A stretch of 64,000 bases of DNA from Anthoceros angustus (taxonomy: Eukaryota; Plantae; Anthocerotophyta): NCBI GenBank assembly GCA_010909165.1, contig MU008207.1, forward strand, positions 1-64,000, read 5' to 3'. The notes beneath the pieces were generated by a model. The model did no database searches. It was not told where the DNA came from and saw nothing but the letters and a program-made list of their open reading frames with translations. Positions 1 to 12,250 of the stretch are shown here, piece by piece (within the stretch, counting starts at the first letter, position 1; every line of letters begins with the position of its first letter). Made by a program: the position numbers and the translations under genes.

Positions 1-554
1 GTAGCGCCGGACGAGGACTCGAGTGAACAACGGACCCCGCACTATGGCAAGCTCCGACCACGGAGTAACGGATAAGTCCGAACCCACCTGTGTCAAAAGG
101 ATAAGTACGCCTGTGAAAGTAACCTAGGAGCGGAGGCGTGAGGATGACGAGGCGGCGCCACGGACGGCCCCGAGTGGAGGTCGCATGCAGAGGTCGTGAC
201 TGCACCTGCGAGGCCGCGAGGCGGTATTCACGCCCGGGCCCGCGGCGCGAAGGCCGCAGGGTTGGGCGAGGGTCGAAAGCCATGCACTCGCGCCATGACA
301 ACGAAGAGGCGCCTTCCGCCCGCCGCCAAGGAGGGAGCCGCCAGCCTCCACAACCTCACCCCCTTGCGCCCGCAATCCGGCCTCGCGCCATCTTTTGGGC
401 GCCGCCCTTTAGAGCGCGCTCACCAAGGTTGGAGCAATGAAGAAGGAGGAACATCGTGCCGACTCCAAGCAGCCTACAGAACAAGAGGAGGAGAAAGCAA
501 TGGCACCTAAAAGCCGTGAAGTTCTGGGAGCCATGGACCTCGTGAGCGCAACAT

Positions 555-1586
555 TGTGACCCGGGCGCTATCCGGACTTCGGGCCCGCTGAGGAAGGTGG
601 GAATTGGGGAATGGCACTGTATTCAGCTGTCCTGGACCTTCGAAGCAATTACATTTGGTCCGGAGTTCGCCGGGAAGATGCTGGCCAACAAGGAGGTTGA
701 TCCAAGAACCTCCTGAGGACCGAGGCGATGGACCTGGAGGTCCCGAGGACGGCCTACAACCGCCTGAGGAGGAAACCCGGTCGTGAGTCCACTTTGTCCG
801 GACCTCAGAGAGGGAGGCTTGACCAAGTCCCAGTAATAAGTCCGGACCAAGTCCGGACCCCATTAATCCGGACCCCGAGGTCCGGACCCCGACAAGGCTC
901 CCGGACCTAGCGGGCGGACTCAGAATGTTTGACTCAAGTTCGAGTCGAGACAGGACTCGAGGTCCTGACCGCGGCAAGAAGGGAGGAGCCCCTCGACTTA
1001 CGCTAGGGGAAGCAGATAGCTGGTGGCCCCACCGGGCGAGGACCTGTGGGGAGGCCAGGGAGGATGACGCGTAACGTATGGGTTGCCCCATCACGGTGAG
1101 CCCAACCTCGGGATTCCGGGAGAGAGGAGGCATGACTATCGATTACAACTGCGTGACGGGATTGGACCACCCATCCCGAGGAGGGCCCAGGACCTTCCAG
1201 CCACAATGCAAGGAGATAGGGAGGAAATAGGATAGCGGCCCATTAGGGTGCATACCGCAAGGCACGCCGTGGGTGTAATAAAGACGCCTTGGGCGCAGAT
1301 GAGGTCAGTTCAGTAAAGCATCTTTCTCTTGGTGTTGATGCTGTTCTTGCACCTTTGTGAGTCTTCTTGCTAACGTGAGTCTGAGTCCGGCGAGGCACAG
1401 CAGCTCGGAGATTGATCAAGGTCCCGGACCTAGCAGCGTTGTGTGTGCGAGGGTGACTGGTGACCCGTGCTCGTCCCGAGCCGCGGCCCGGCACGAGCAA
1501 TTTGGGCGTGAGCCGGAGGAACTCCGGAGGCGTGCTGAGTCTGACGGGAGGCTCAGGAACGACCAGGAGGTCCGGGCGCTGTAACA
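555..1586. mobile_element. Possible LTR / solo-LTR-like segment
   Basis: Starts TGTGAC and ends GTAACA (imperfect TG...CA terminal inverted repeat). Contains many short CCGGACC-type subrepeats and an AATAAA at ~1277, with no credible ORF. No target-site duplication found. Confidence 0.3.
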
Positions 1587-1886
1587 CCGTCTTTCTAAGA
1601 CCGAGGCAGGTGTAGCGTGAGGGGAGAGAGGAAAGGACCTGGATCGTGAGGGACGGAGGTGAATCTGGTGTGACAGGTCCTTAACGCGTTTAACCGGCCC
1701 GACTGCACAGTGAAACGTTGTTAGTTAGAGTATGTGTGTGTGTTGAGGCCTAAGCCAGGCGCTAAGGACGGTGGAATCCACGAAACGCTGATAACCAACT
1801 CTATCATTCCCTTGGGAACGGACTTCTTCCTACAACGACACGGGATTGTGCGCGCCCGGCTGGCCATCAGCAAAAGTCGCGCCACA

Positions 1887-4400
1887 ATATCCCTTCCCCA
1901 CCAACCTTGCCTTGTATTGCTCTATGCTCCCATCAGCGTTGTGCTTAATCTTGAACCGCCATTTGGATCCTACGCATTTCCTTCCTTGGAGTAAAGGATC
2001 CCAAGTAACTTTCGGAATAACTTCCCAAGTCTTGTTCTTGATAAGTGAGTTATACTCAATATCCATGGCTTCTTTCCACTCCTTTGCTTTTGGCCCTTCC
2101 AAGGCTTTCTTCAAGCTTTGCGGCTCGTTAGCGTCTACTAACATAGTCTCTTCGTACTTGCATGAATTCATGGACTCCAAAATTTTCTGTGAAGGTTTTC
2201 ATCGCCTTGCTGATTTCCTGATCAGGGTTGGTGGCTCTTCTTGGATTCTTTGATCTCTCTCATTTTCATCATCCTCGACATCCAGGGCTTCTCCACCTCC
2301 TATATCACCTTGTGGTAGAGGCTGCTCATGCTCAGGAATGAGTTGAGCATGCTCAAGTAGGTTGCTTAAGAGCCGAATCTTCCGCTTCATCACGCTCCTT
2401 CAATTCCTTGATGACAACTTGCGTTGCTCGCACTCCTTTGTTAGGTTCCACAACCTCATGAAAAACAACATCCCTACTAAAGATGACTTTCTTGGTTGTA
2501 GGGTCGTATAATCTATATCCCTTTACCTCATCGGAGTACCCAAGCATGATGCACTGGATGTCTTTAAGGTCCCACTTGGTTCGGTTTTGCTTTGGAACAT
2601 GGGCATAAATTTCAGAACTAAAGATCCTAAAATGGCTCACGTCAGGTTTGACACCAGACCATGCCTTCTCCGGGGTCATTCCAAGTACAACCTTAGTTGG
2701 AACTCTATTCAAAATATAAGTTGCTGTAGCAACAGCCTCTCCCCAAAACCGTACCTCCAACCCACTTTAAAGGAGCATACACTTGGCCACCTCCACTAGG
2801 CTCCTTAGCTTGCGCTCCACCACTCTTTTTTGCTCCGATGTGTGAGGAATTGTTAGTTGCCTCCGACACCATGCTCCTTGCAAAAGCTTTTGAATTGAGA
2901 AGAGATGTATCCTCCTCCATTATCACTCCTTAGAGTCTTGAGGTGTTCTCCACTTTCATTCTCCATCAAGACTTTCCACTCCTTGAATGTCTTGAACACC
3001 TCGGACTTCTCCTTCAAAAGATATGTCCAACTTCTCCTTGTGAAGTCATCCAGAAACACTAGAATGCAGCGGGCTCCTCCATGGGTAGGGTTCTTCATTG
3101 GTCCACACACATTGGTATGTACAAGCTCCAACAACAGCGTCTATGTAGAAAGGGTTTCTCCACACCCTTTTTGCCTATGACGGACCCCTTACTTGAAAAA
3201 TCCTTTATAATCGACCTTTTTTGGTATTTCTTTGCCGGACATGTCACGCAACCTTTTGAATAATTGTTTTGATACACGTTATTTGAGATTATAGATTGCA
3301 AGTATGTGGCAAAAACCTAAAGTCCCAGTCTTGTTCGGCTTTTTCTTTCAAACTAGAACCCACGAGTCGTCAAATTTATAGCGCATCTCAACAGTCTCAA
3401 CACGGCAATCATTGTCTTCAGTGTTGAATGGATAAATGTTTAGAGTTTTTAGGGCTTCTTGTAATTACGATGCGCCGATTTGTTTGTGCACCAACCTTTC
3501 GTCATACGGTCAATCCTCGACTATACTCTCGCACAGGGAATTTTCTGAGGACTTTGTTTCTTAGACATTGGGACAATAATATCTTACGTTGACCTAATGC
3601 TCTTGATCCATGCGGTCTTGATCAAATGATGAGTGGCGTAGTACGCACTTGGAGCTAGTGTGGGAGGGAAAACTCCGGGTCTTCCGAGGCTTCCCCCTCT
3701 AGCGGCCACACTTATCCCACTGTCACTTCGTACGTTGGGTTTCATCCCATGAGACTCGTGTGAAAGTTCAAGGTCTTGTGATAATCGATTGCTACATGCA
3801 GTGACACAACTTCTCAGCCTTCTAAACAAGCAAGGCACCCTCTACTCACCCTCTTACAAAGAATCGCACAGCCTGCGCTTGCTCGAAAGACTACCATTCT
3901 CAACCTACAAGACACCATTGCAGATCCACCTTGGCGGAGACCACAGGCGCCGGACCCCGATCCACGCACCGCAATTTCGTCTACTTCAAGACCAATCCTC
4001 TCCACTCGAGGGCGCCCCTTTTGCTTAGTTTGGGATTCGTCCGCCTTAGGCTCACACTGGCCACTGCACCTACACTTCAACCTCTACTCATCTCCTCATC
4101 CTCTCCTCCTATTCTAACCTCGGTTCGGGCTTCTGGCCCGACTGCGCCCTTACAGCTGGCTGGGGTCGGCCTCCACCAGCAAGTTCTTCCTTGGGCGGTT
4201 GCTATGAGTTTGACAGCAGGCGCGAGCACCCTCCGAGTCTTTCCTGGTGATCAACCTCTGGCCGAGTTCCCTGGGCATTGCCACCCACCCAAAGCAAAGC
4301 AATTCCAGAACCATTCAAGGGCAACCTGCGTTTAGGCACTTGCTGTCCTCCACCAAGCACTCAGCCACATGACTTCCTCTCTACCCAGGCGTTGGCTCAC
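1887..4400 (-). mobile_element. Degenerate Ty1/copia gag-pol remnant (integrase, start of RT, traces of gag/protease)
   Basis: Integrase motifs LELVHTNVCGPM...DDFTRRSWTYLLKEKSEVF, KTLRSDNGGGY, FWGEAVATATYILNRVP and YRLYDP. RT motifs EPQSLKKAL...WKEAMDIEYNSLIKNKTWE and YKARLVGKGY. INT-before-RT order is copia. RT is cut at KGY (1887) by unrelated sequence starting TG on the minus strand. Many frameshifts. Confidence 0.9.
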
Positions 4401-4719
4401 GGCCGGCCAGATTCCTTTACAAGGTAAAGGACTCGGAGTGTGGAAGCGCGAGACATGATACTTTGCTGAAATCCTCCTCCTTTTATAGGAGGCCTTCCAC
4501 AACTAGCCTCCCTTGGGTGACCCTCATGGAGTCACCTTTTCCAATATTTTATCATTTCTCTTGACATTTTAGGGCATGGCATCTAAGTCTACTGTCTGAT
4601 CCTAGGTAAATTCTATTCTAGCAACTTCACCTATGGTCATCCTTAAAGAATGTCAGTCTATTCCAGCTATTCCCCCTATTCTTCCTCTTATCATTTATGG
4701 TCTTTGACCATATCTAGTC

Positions 4720-6528
4720 CTCACCGTGCTGAGATAGTGACGCGTCCTTGGTGGATTGGCTCCCTCGCCCTCCTTTTGCTCTCTGGCTTCCCGGTTCACG
4801 TCTTCCTAATGTGTGAGCAGTACAATTCGCCCCTTCCTCCAACTCTGTGGCGGACTCCTCCCATCATCTAGCAATGGCCCCCTGCACTCGGGCCTTCTCC
4901 TCGGCCCTACTGCCCTTTGGTGGCGCTCCTTCCTCCCTGATACGGCGAGACTACCGGGGTAGTATGACTACCTACCATGGTAGTCTGGTCCCCATCTTAC
5001 TTTCTTTCTCCAATCGACGCCGTTCCTTGGGTTGGAATTCCTTGCTCCTTTCCTCCTGTTTGGTTTGTCCATACCTATCATGGAGCATTCTCAAAGAGTC
5101 TTCTTCCCCCAGTTGTTGGCCGATGCCTCCATTAACTCCTCCGGGCCCTCTTAGCATTGGACTCCTCCCCTGGCCCGGGCTCTTCCCTTGTTCGTGGGGC
5201 GAGGGAATTCCTTACCCCTCCCCCTTCCTCGGCGGATCTAACTCCGCTCTTGATCTCCTCGGTGGGAATTTGTTTCCCCACCACCTGCCTCTTCTCCTCA
5301 GGGGGTATCTTCTTGGGACCCCAGCTTTTTCGTGCAGCGAGCCTCCATGCCCGACTCCCCAGCAGGCTCCCGGCGCTTGCAGGCACCCTACTCCCGGTGG
5401 CGGACTACCGTGGTGGGCATCACCACAGTATTGGACTACCGTGGTAGAGATGATCACCTACATTGGTAGTAGTGTGACCCCAGTATCCCCTCCTTACTCT
5501 CGCGCTCCCTCTCTTGTGCGGTACCTCTCCTCCATCTTGACTCCCCATTGTGGTCCATGTCGTGGCCTCATCAAAATCAGGCCTCTGGCTGCACTGTTGC
5601 AGGCTCCTTCCGGTCATCATCATGAGGACCCAATGTCCTCCTCTTGGCCAAGCGCATACCTCGTTGTTGGCCTTGAGAATCTGATGTGGATCCCCAAGGG
5701 CAAGCTTGTGATCGCATTTGGAATCCATCAATCTCATGGCCACCTCTCATCCTCGCACCTACTCTTGTAGGCATCTCTTGCGGTGGTTAGAATTCCCCTC
5801 TATGGATGATATACTGAATTGTTGGGGCAGTCACGGTAAGTTTGTTGAAGTCAAAGTTCACAGTTCATACTTAACAGGCTGAGCTGCTGCTATTCTTTGC
5901 ATGCTCCTTTTAAGGACGGTTCCATCTGCCAAACCACTGCCTCACTCCTTACTGCGCCCTTGCTCTCTAACCAGTTCAGTCCAATCCACAGGGGCTTGGC
6001 TCCTGAATTCCCTCGCCGATTGCTTGTCTTTCGGATGTGAGCACACTCCTACATCCAGTCCAAGTTCATGTAATAGTTTTACGTTCTCCAGCGTAAACAG
6101 CTCTCACCAATTCCGCTCGGACTTTCCAATGATCCATGTTTGGCCATTGGGCAAGCACTGGTCAGGTATGACCTTGAAACTCCTCCCACGTGATCTCTCC
6201 ACAGCACCGCGCCTCAAATGATGACACCTACTTGCGAATTTCATGAGTCGGGTCTCGAGTTCCTACCTCCCTCGGCCAAGGCCACCGCCGTGCCGCCTTC
6301 CTCCTCTGGCGTCGCGACTCTGATGCTCGGAGTGGGGTTCGGAGCTCCTTCCCTTGGTGGGTGCGCCTCAGCGCCCTCCTACGATCGTAATGTCGGCGGG
6401 GCTCCTCGACTTAGGTGGCGCTCCGACCATCGTTGCGGCTGTTTGCTCGCTCCGCCCCGGCCGCCGTTGCGCCGTTAGGTTGTCAAAGCGGACATTACTT
6501 CCCTGGGGTTAGTTCCCGGTTCCCTACC
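4720..6528 (-). mobile_element. Degenerate gypsy-type gag/protease remnant downstream of the LTR at 6529-6969
   Basis: Follows the LTR/PBS. 5720-6528 is homologous to the gag-like start at 7455-8248. A decayed protease-like reading lies around 5420-5740. Heavily frameshifted. Confidence 0.55.
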
Positions 6529-6969
6529 TGTTCGACCTCACGAGCTCGCTCCACACCCCAATCCACAGCCCCACTGGATTCATTCTGTGCAATCGGTTGA
6601 CTCCAGCCCTATAGACCTATCATTTTCCTAATTATACAACCCCTACCTCACATATATATACTTTTGGTGGACATCCAAGTCCATGGGCCAAGGAACATCG
6701 AGCTCCGGACCATTTGTTATCTAACCTACAGAAATAAAAACAAGAAAAACCCCGCATAGGCCAAGGGACGTTTCTTCTATAAATACAGCCTACATCAACT
6801 GACTTATTTTCATACCACATGACAAAAACAAAAAAAAAAACACTTCAAGGCACATCCCAGGGGTTTCAAGTCCAGGATTGACAGTGCGACCCTCTGTCGT
6901 GGCAGTTCAAGGGACAAGCGTGTAGTGATAATCATTCATAGAGGAACTGTACCACATGGTGTGTCTACA
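6529..6969 (-). repeat. ~440-bp LTR (copy of 8249-8682)
   Basis: Minus-strand termini TGTAGAC...GTCGAACA, near-identical to 8249-8682, contains TATATATA. Confidence 0.7.
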
Positions 6970-7450
6970 TAGTGCAGGCCTCCACCATCGTGTGCAATAG
7001 TAGGTGTACTAGGATATATTGGTTTTGTCTCCGTCTTTGGGTACGGATGGGAATGGCAGCGAATCTATTCCCCATTTTTCGAATGGCGCCGGGCCAATAT
7101 CGAACCATTGGCCATTGGGTGGTTGCGGATGGTTTTCCAACCCCTCGCGCGTCGCAACGTTTACAAACTCCTTAGCATCACATGCATGGTTTGCCACCAA
7201 TACCATTTCGAGCACCTTTTTTGGCGTGATATGTGCTGCAAAATGTCCCCTTCTCCTTCGTGCATCTCGTCGCCTCGAATAACCTCTCTGCTCTCACACC
7301 ACAACCTCTGTCCATCCGGTCCTGATTTGTACAAATTGTTCCTGCGTCATTACAAAAGACGCGAATAGTGCACAAACGCCTGCTGCTGTGGTCTCGAAAG
7401 ATCCATGGTATTCCTCCCGTCTCGAGAACTCAAGCATCTCCGTGGGTGGG
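6970..7450 (-). mobile_element. Ty3/gypsy integrase fragment (duplicate of 8683-9150)
   Basis: HACDAKEFV and PFEKWGID motifs. Aligns by eye with 8683-9150 but has many small deletions. Confidence 0.8.
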
Positions 7451-7454
7451 CTAG

Positions 7455-8248
7455 CTGTAATCGCATTTGGAGATCATCAATCTCAGTGAGGCCCTCTCCA
7501 TCCTGCACCTACTCTTGTAGGCATCTCTTGCAGTGGTTGAATTCACCTCTATGTGGATGATACTAATTGTTGGGAGCAGTCTTGATGAGATTTGTTGAAG
7601 TCAAAGTTCCGAATTCATACATAACTTGCTGCTTTCTATTCTTTGCATGCTCCTTTTCAGGACGGTTCCATCACCAAACCACTGCCTCCTCCTTCTTTGC
7701 CCTCTCTAACCAGTTCCCCAATCCACAAACGCTCCTGAATTCCCTCGCCGATTGCTTGTCTTTTGGATTGTGAGCACCTCCTACATCAGTCCAAGTTCAT
7801 GTAATTCACCGTTTCTCCATAAACAGCCCGATATTCACCAATTCCCAGCTCGGACTTTCCATGATCCATGTTTGGCCATTGGGCAAGCTGATTCATTTGG
7901 ACCTTGAAACCATCCTCCACAGTCTCCACGGCCTCGCGCCTCAAATGTGAAACCTCGCTTGCGAATTTCAGCGGGGTCGGGTCTCGAGGGTTCCTCTCCT
8001 CGGCCAAGGCCGCATGCCGTGCGCGCCTTCCTCCTCTAAGCGTCGCGACTCACGATGCTCGCGTGGGGTTCGGGCTCCTTCCCTTGGTAGGTGCGCCTCG
8101 CCCTCCGATGTAATGTCCTTGACTCCTCGACTTACGTGGCGCTCCGACCATCGTTGCGCTCATTGCTCGCTCCACCCGGTAGCCGTTGCTTGGTTATTAA
8201 AACGGACACATTACTTCCCTAGGGTTAAGTTCCCGGGTTCCCTACCAC
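7455..8248 (-). mobile_element. PBS, leader and gag N-terminus of an LTR retrotransposon
   Basis: TGG-starting PBS-like site at 8247, one nt after the LTR end. ORF 7786-8007 (MAEERNPRDPTPLKF...) follows. Confidence 0.6.
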
Positions 8249-8682
8249 TGTTCGACCTCGACCCGCTCCACACCCCAATCCACAGCCCCACTGGATTCAT
8301 TCTGCCCAATCGGTTGACTCAAGCCTATAGACCTATCATTCCCTAATTATACAACCCCTACCTCACATATATATACTTTTTAGTGGACATCCAAGTCCAT
8401 GGGCCAGGAACATCGAGCTCCGGACCATTTATTATCTAACCTAAGAAATAAAACAAGAAAAACCCCCATAGGCCAAGGGCGTTTCTTCTATAAATACCAG
8501 CGCCTCTGTCAACTGACTTATTTTCATACCACATGACCAAAAACAAAAAAAAAAACACTTCAAGGCACATCCCAGGGGTTTCAAGTCGATTAATGCGACC
8601 CTCATCGTGAGGTTCAAGGGACAAGCGTGTCAGTGATAATCATTCATAGAGGAACTGGCCACCACATGGGTACATGTCTACA
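8249..8682 (-). repeat. ~430-bp LTR inserted into gypsy integrase
   Basis: TG...CA termini. Interrupts the integrase immediately after the W/MVEA motif and is followed by a PBS. Confidence 0.7.
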
Positions 8683-10020
8683 TGGTGCAGGCCTCCACCA
8701 TCGTGTGCAATAGTAGGTGGCCACTAGGATGTATTGGTTTTGTCGCGTCTTGGTTTTGGGTGGATGGGACCAACAATCTATTCCCATTTCTCAAATGGCG
8801 CCAGGGCCAATATCGGAACCATTGGCCATTGGGTTGTTGCGGACGGTTTCCCAACCCTCTGACAGGCATCGCAACGTTTAACAAACTCCTTAGCATCCTG
8901 ATGCATGGTTTGCCACCAATACTCCGTTTCGAGCACCTTTTTGCACGTGATATGTGCTGCAAAATGTCCCCCCGCTTCTCCTCGTGCATCTCTCGGCTTT
9001 CGGATAACTGCTCTCATCACCCACTCTCCGTCCATCCGGTCCCGGTTGTACAAATTGTCTGCGTCGTACAAGCGGACGCGAATAGTCTGCGCTGCCTGTG
9101 GTCTCGAAAGATCCGGGTATTCCTCCCGTCTCCGAGAATTCCATCTCTCCTCGTGGGCTGGCGTATCGTTCTCCCCTTCTCATTTCTGCCCGAGCCACCA
9201 TTACCCTCGCCTTATGATTGTAGTGCCGCTTCCCCCTCTAACTTCATGCGAACAAAGCTTCATCGGAAAATCGTCGTTACGGTCTGTGTAACCACCTGTT
9301 CTTGACCTCGATGTAACGCATTCACATGCTTACTACCCTCCCTTGTCTCCACCGTGAACGTGAATTCCTGCGATGGATCCATCTTGCTATCGTCCGGACA
9401 AGTCGATTTTGTTTACCGGTGTTTGAGGCGAAGTGGTCCCACATGGAAGGCGAACTCGTAGGATAGCAAATAGTGGCAAACTTGCAAACCGTATACCATT
9501 CCAGTAGCCTCCCTCTCGGTGGTGGTATATTTCTTCTGCGTCGATGTGTCTCCTGCATAATAGATTGGGTAATCATGCTTCTTGTCATCCCTCTGGCTTA
9601 GAATAGTTCCGATTGCATAGGCGAAACGTCTACAAACACATGGAATTTCTTGCTCGATCCGCTCCTCGCGTGGGTCTTGTGATCGGTGGTTGAAGGTCAT
9701 TGAAGGCCTCCTCTCGTTCCTGCGTCCACTCTCACTCCCCAGTCTTGGGCACTCACATAGCCTTGTGCCCGGAGAAATTCTTCCTGGCGTGCGATAATAG
9801 CCTACCATCCGAGGAATCCCTAAGCTCTTTGATTGGTAGGTGGCAGGCGGTGATGATTTTGACTTTATCCGGCTTCACTTCTATCCCGGTAATCACGGTG
9901 CCCCAACAAAATACCCTCTGACATGCCGAAATAACATTTCTCGGGATGCAGACACAATTGGGTCTGTTGACATCGTTCCAAACATTTGCGAAGGTGGTGC
10001 AGATGATCTTTCACTGCCCC
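8683..10020 (-). mobile_element. Ty3/gypsy pol remnant: RT C-half, RNase H, integrase HHCC domain
   Basis: AVKDHLHHLRKCLERCQQTQLCLHPEKC (RT), YAIGTILSQ...YPIYYA...YTTTERE (RNase H), GGHFAAHITCKKV...YWW...FVKRCDACQR...PFEKW (integrase). Confidence 0.9.
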
Positions 10021-10235
10021 TGAAGAGAATTGAGGACTTGCTCAAAGGATCTTATACATTGATTATCATAATAGAAAGTACATTGAGTTTATATGAAGTA
10101 GGTGGTTATAGGTTGTTGTAACCAATTAACCATAAATAACTAAAGCAACTACTTCTAACCCTAAGAATTAATTAATTATTAATTCTAGGATTTATAGGAG
10201 CTAATGAATAGTGCCCTAATATGCAAAGTATTTCA
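10021..10235 (-). repeat. 3' LTR of the copia element
   Basis: Plus-strand TGAAGAG...TATTTCA, near-identical to 19640-19849. Preceded on the minus strand by the purine-rich tract AGTGAGTGGAGTGA. Confidence 0.9.
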
Positions 10236-11564
10236 TCACTCCACTCACTATGAAGTAGGGGTAAGACTAGCTATCCAATTAGCTAAGTAGCTAAGGAGAA
10301 CTCCCACTTATTGAGAAATAGGGCCTAAAAGTTGAAATGAAAACTTGAACTGAAAATACATTTCATCGTTATTGCCTCCATAATAAAGTTGAAATAACTA
10401 GCCTTGATAACGGGCTGTAAATATGGCATAAGTAAATATCAACGAAAATATGGTCTTCAATTTAATGAATATAAGGATAAGGCCATATTCCTCCAACCAC
10501 TAAAAAGCAGTGAAAACCCGTCTCCATCCACTAGTTGTTGCTTCATTCTCGACAAGGGCAAGCAAGAGCTATGGCGAGGTTGAAAATGCCTAGAGGAAGC
10601 ATATGCGAAAAACAGCAGGCAGGTGCGGCGCCAGGACTGAGAGAGGGCATCACTTGCCTGGGGACTCTCGCGGCCGATTTGCGGAGTCCCTATCAACAAG
10701 AAACGCCTCAAAGGCCCATCATGCACAAACAACTCCATCTTCGAAAACCAAGATACCCCTCGGCGTCACGAGGAAACCATCAGCAAACAACAAGCTTGAT
10801 CATCTTCATCGGATGACGAGAAGAGGAAGGAGGAGATTGGAGCCATGCCACTAGAGAAGACGGGAAAGGTGAGATACCTCCCTTCTTTCCTTCTTATTGT
10901 TGCTGCTGTGGAAAAGCCGTAGGACACATGCTCCATGCTCCTTGGTACTTGTGGCACCACCCTCTCCGGCTGCTAACCAACCAAGTGTGGACGATGAAGG
11001 TGAAAAAAAAACCCATGTTTGCAGATCTGCAAAAGTCACACACCACCCGAGATACGGATCAGAGGTCCTCTTTGCTGTGTGAGCACGCTCCCACAGTGGC
11101 TGCGCCTATAAATCTCTAAAAAATGGAGGAGATGGCGCTGCGAGCGGAGGCACCCACAAAACATGCGCCTTGGTGAAGGATGGCGCCCCAGCCGAGCCCG
11201 TCCTTAGCCATATGTGTGTCTTGGAGGAGGAGAGGCGCTGGTGCAGCGCATCTTGTAGCTTCGCTTGTTAGCAGCCCATAAGCACGCCTTGGGGCTGTCA
11301 CGTCTTGAATCTGCTGGAAACTGACAGAGGCGCTCCTCTCTTGATGGAGTCGTCCTCCTTACATCCAACAGATGGCGCATGGACGCCTCTCTTCCACACA
11401 CTACTCTTGAGAAGAAGCCTTGGATTGAAATATCTCGTACTCGAGATGGTTGCAGCGGGCTGACGTGATTCCTTGTAAAGCTGATTATTACATCTGTAGA
11501 TAAGATGACACATCCAAGTTGTATGTGGCTAAGGTGTCTTGGATCGTTGGTGGCATGTGTGCAG

Positions 11565-12205
11565 AGGCTGGAGATAAGGATAAGGGAAAAGCTGAACAGG
11601 AACTGACAAAAGACACAGGTATGTATTTTTCCTTTGTCATTCAGTGAGGATCCCTTAGAGTATTTCCAGGTGACTGCTGATATAAGAAAATAGACTAACA
11701 GAAATTTCTACTTGCATAAATTGCAGATGCGGCTTATTCGAAATGTAACAGGAGAAATGCTAATATCCCAACATGCAGAAACGTGGGCTACTATAAACCA
11801 GGCTTGTTGCCCCTAGGGGACTATGAAAAGAAAGTCTATGTTATTACCCTAGGGAAGGAAACTAGTCGAGGAGATGTGCCAGAAGCCTATGTCTGTGAGG
11901 AAACAGGGATCCATATGATGAAGATAGCCTGTCTACCATGTGAGGAATTTCCAGGGCACATGAAACACGTGTTTCGTAAGTGCCTTTGGTGTTAAGCTAA
12001 TCCCGTTACTATAACTTTATTATATTAAATATATAATACTTTATTATATTTAATATTAATATATGCCAAAAACTACAAGGGCATTTTTGCAGGATGTGTG
12101 TGGACAAGTAATGATGAGGCCGAAAAAGATGACAACTCCTATTTCGAAATAGAAGAGGAAATTTATGAAGAGGAAATAAACTTAAGTAATATTTCTGGGC
12201 TGTAA
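11565..12205 (+). CDS. 3' exons of an antisense, intron-containing gene of unknown function inside the copia element (exons 11565-11618, 11727-11975, 12093-12205; 5' exons probably lie in 10570-11480)
   Basis: Canonical introns 11619-11726 (GTATGT..TTGCAG) and 11976-12092 (GTAAGT..TTTTGCAG) join in frame to give AGDKDKGKAEQELTKDTDAAYSKCNRRNANIPTCRNVGYYKPG...CEETGIHMMKIACLPCEEFPGHMKHVFRCVWTSNDEAEKDDNSYFEIEEEIYEEEINLSNISGL*. Confidence 0.65.
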
Positions 12206-12250
12206 TTATGAAATTAACTTAATTCCGCCCACTAGCTGCTAGGTGTGAGA

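Noticed and set aside
1786-1886. Very short LTR plus PBS (TRIM/Cassandra-like) inserted in the copia RT
   Set aside because: The PBS-like TGGTTATCAGCG is imperfect, there is no CA terminus or second copy, and I see no 5S-like sequence. Only the insertion breakpoint at 1886 is supported.
4847-5770. 307-aa plus-strand ORF
   Set aside because: It is the antisense shadow of a decayed gypsy region with no recognisable motifs.
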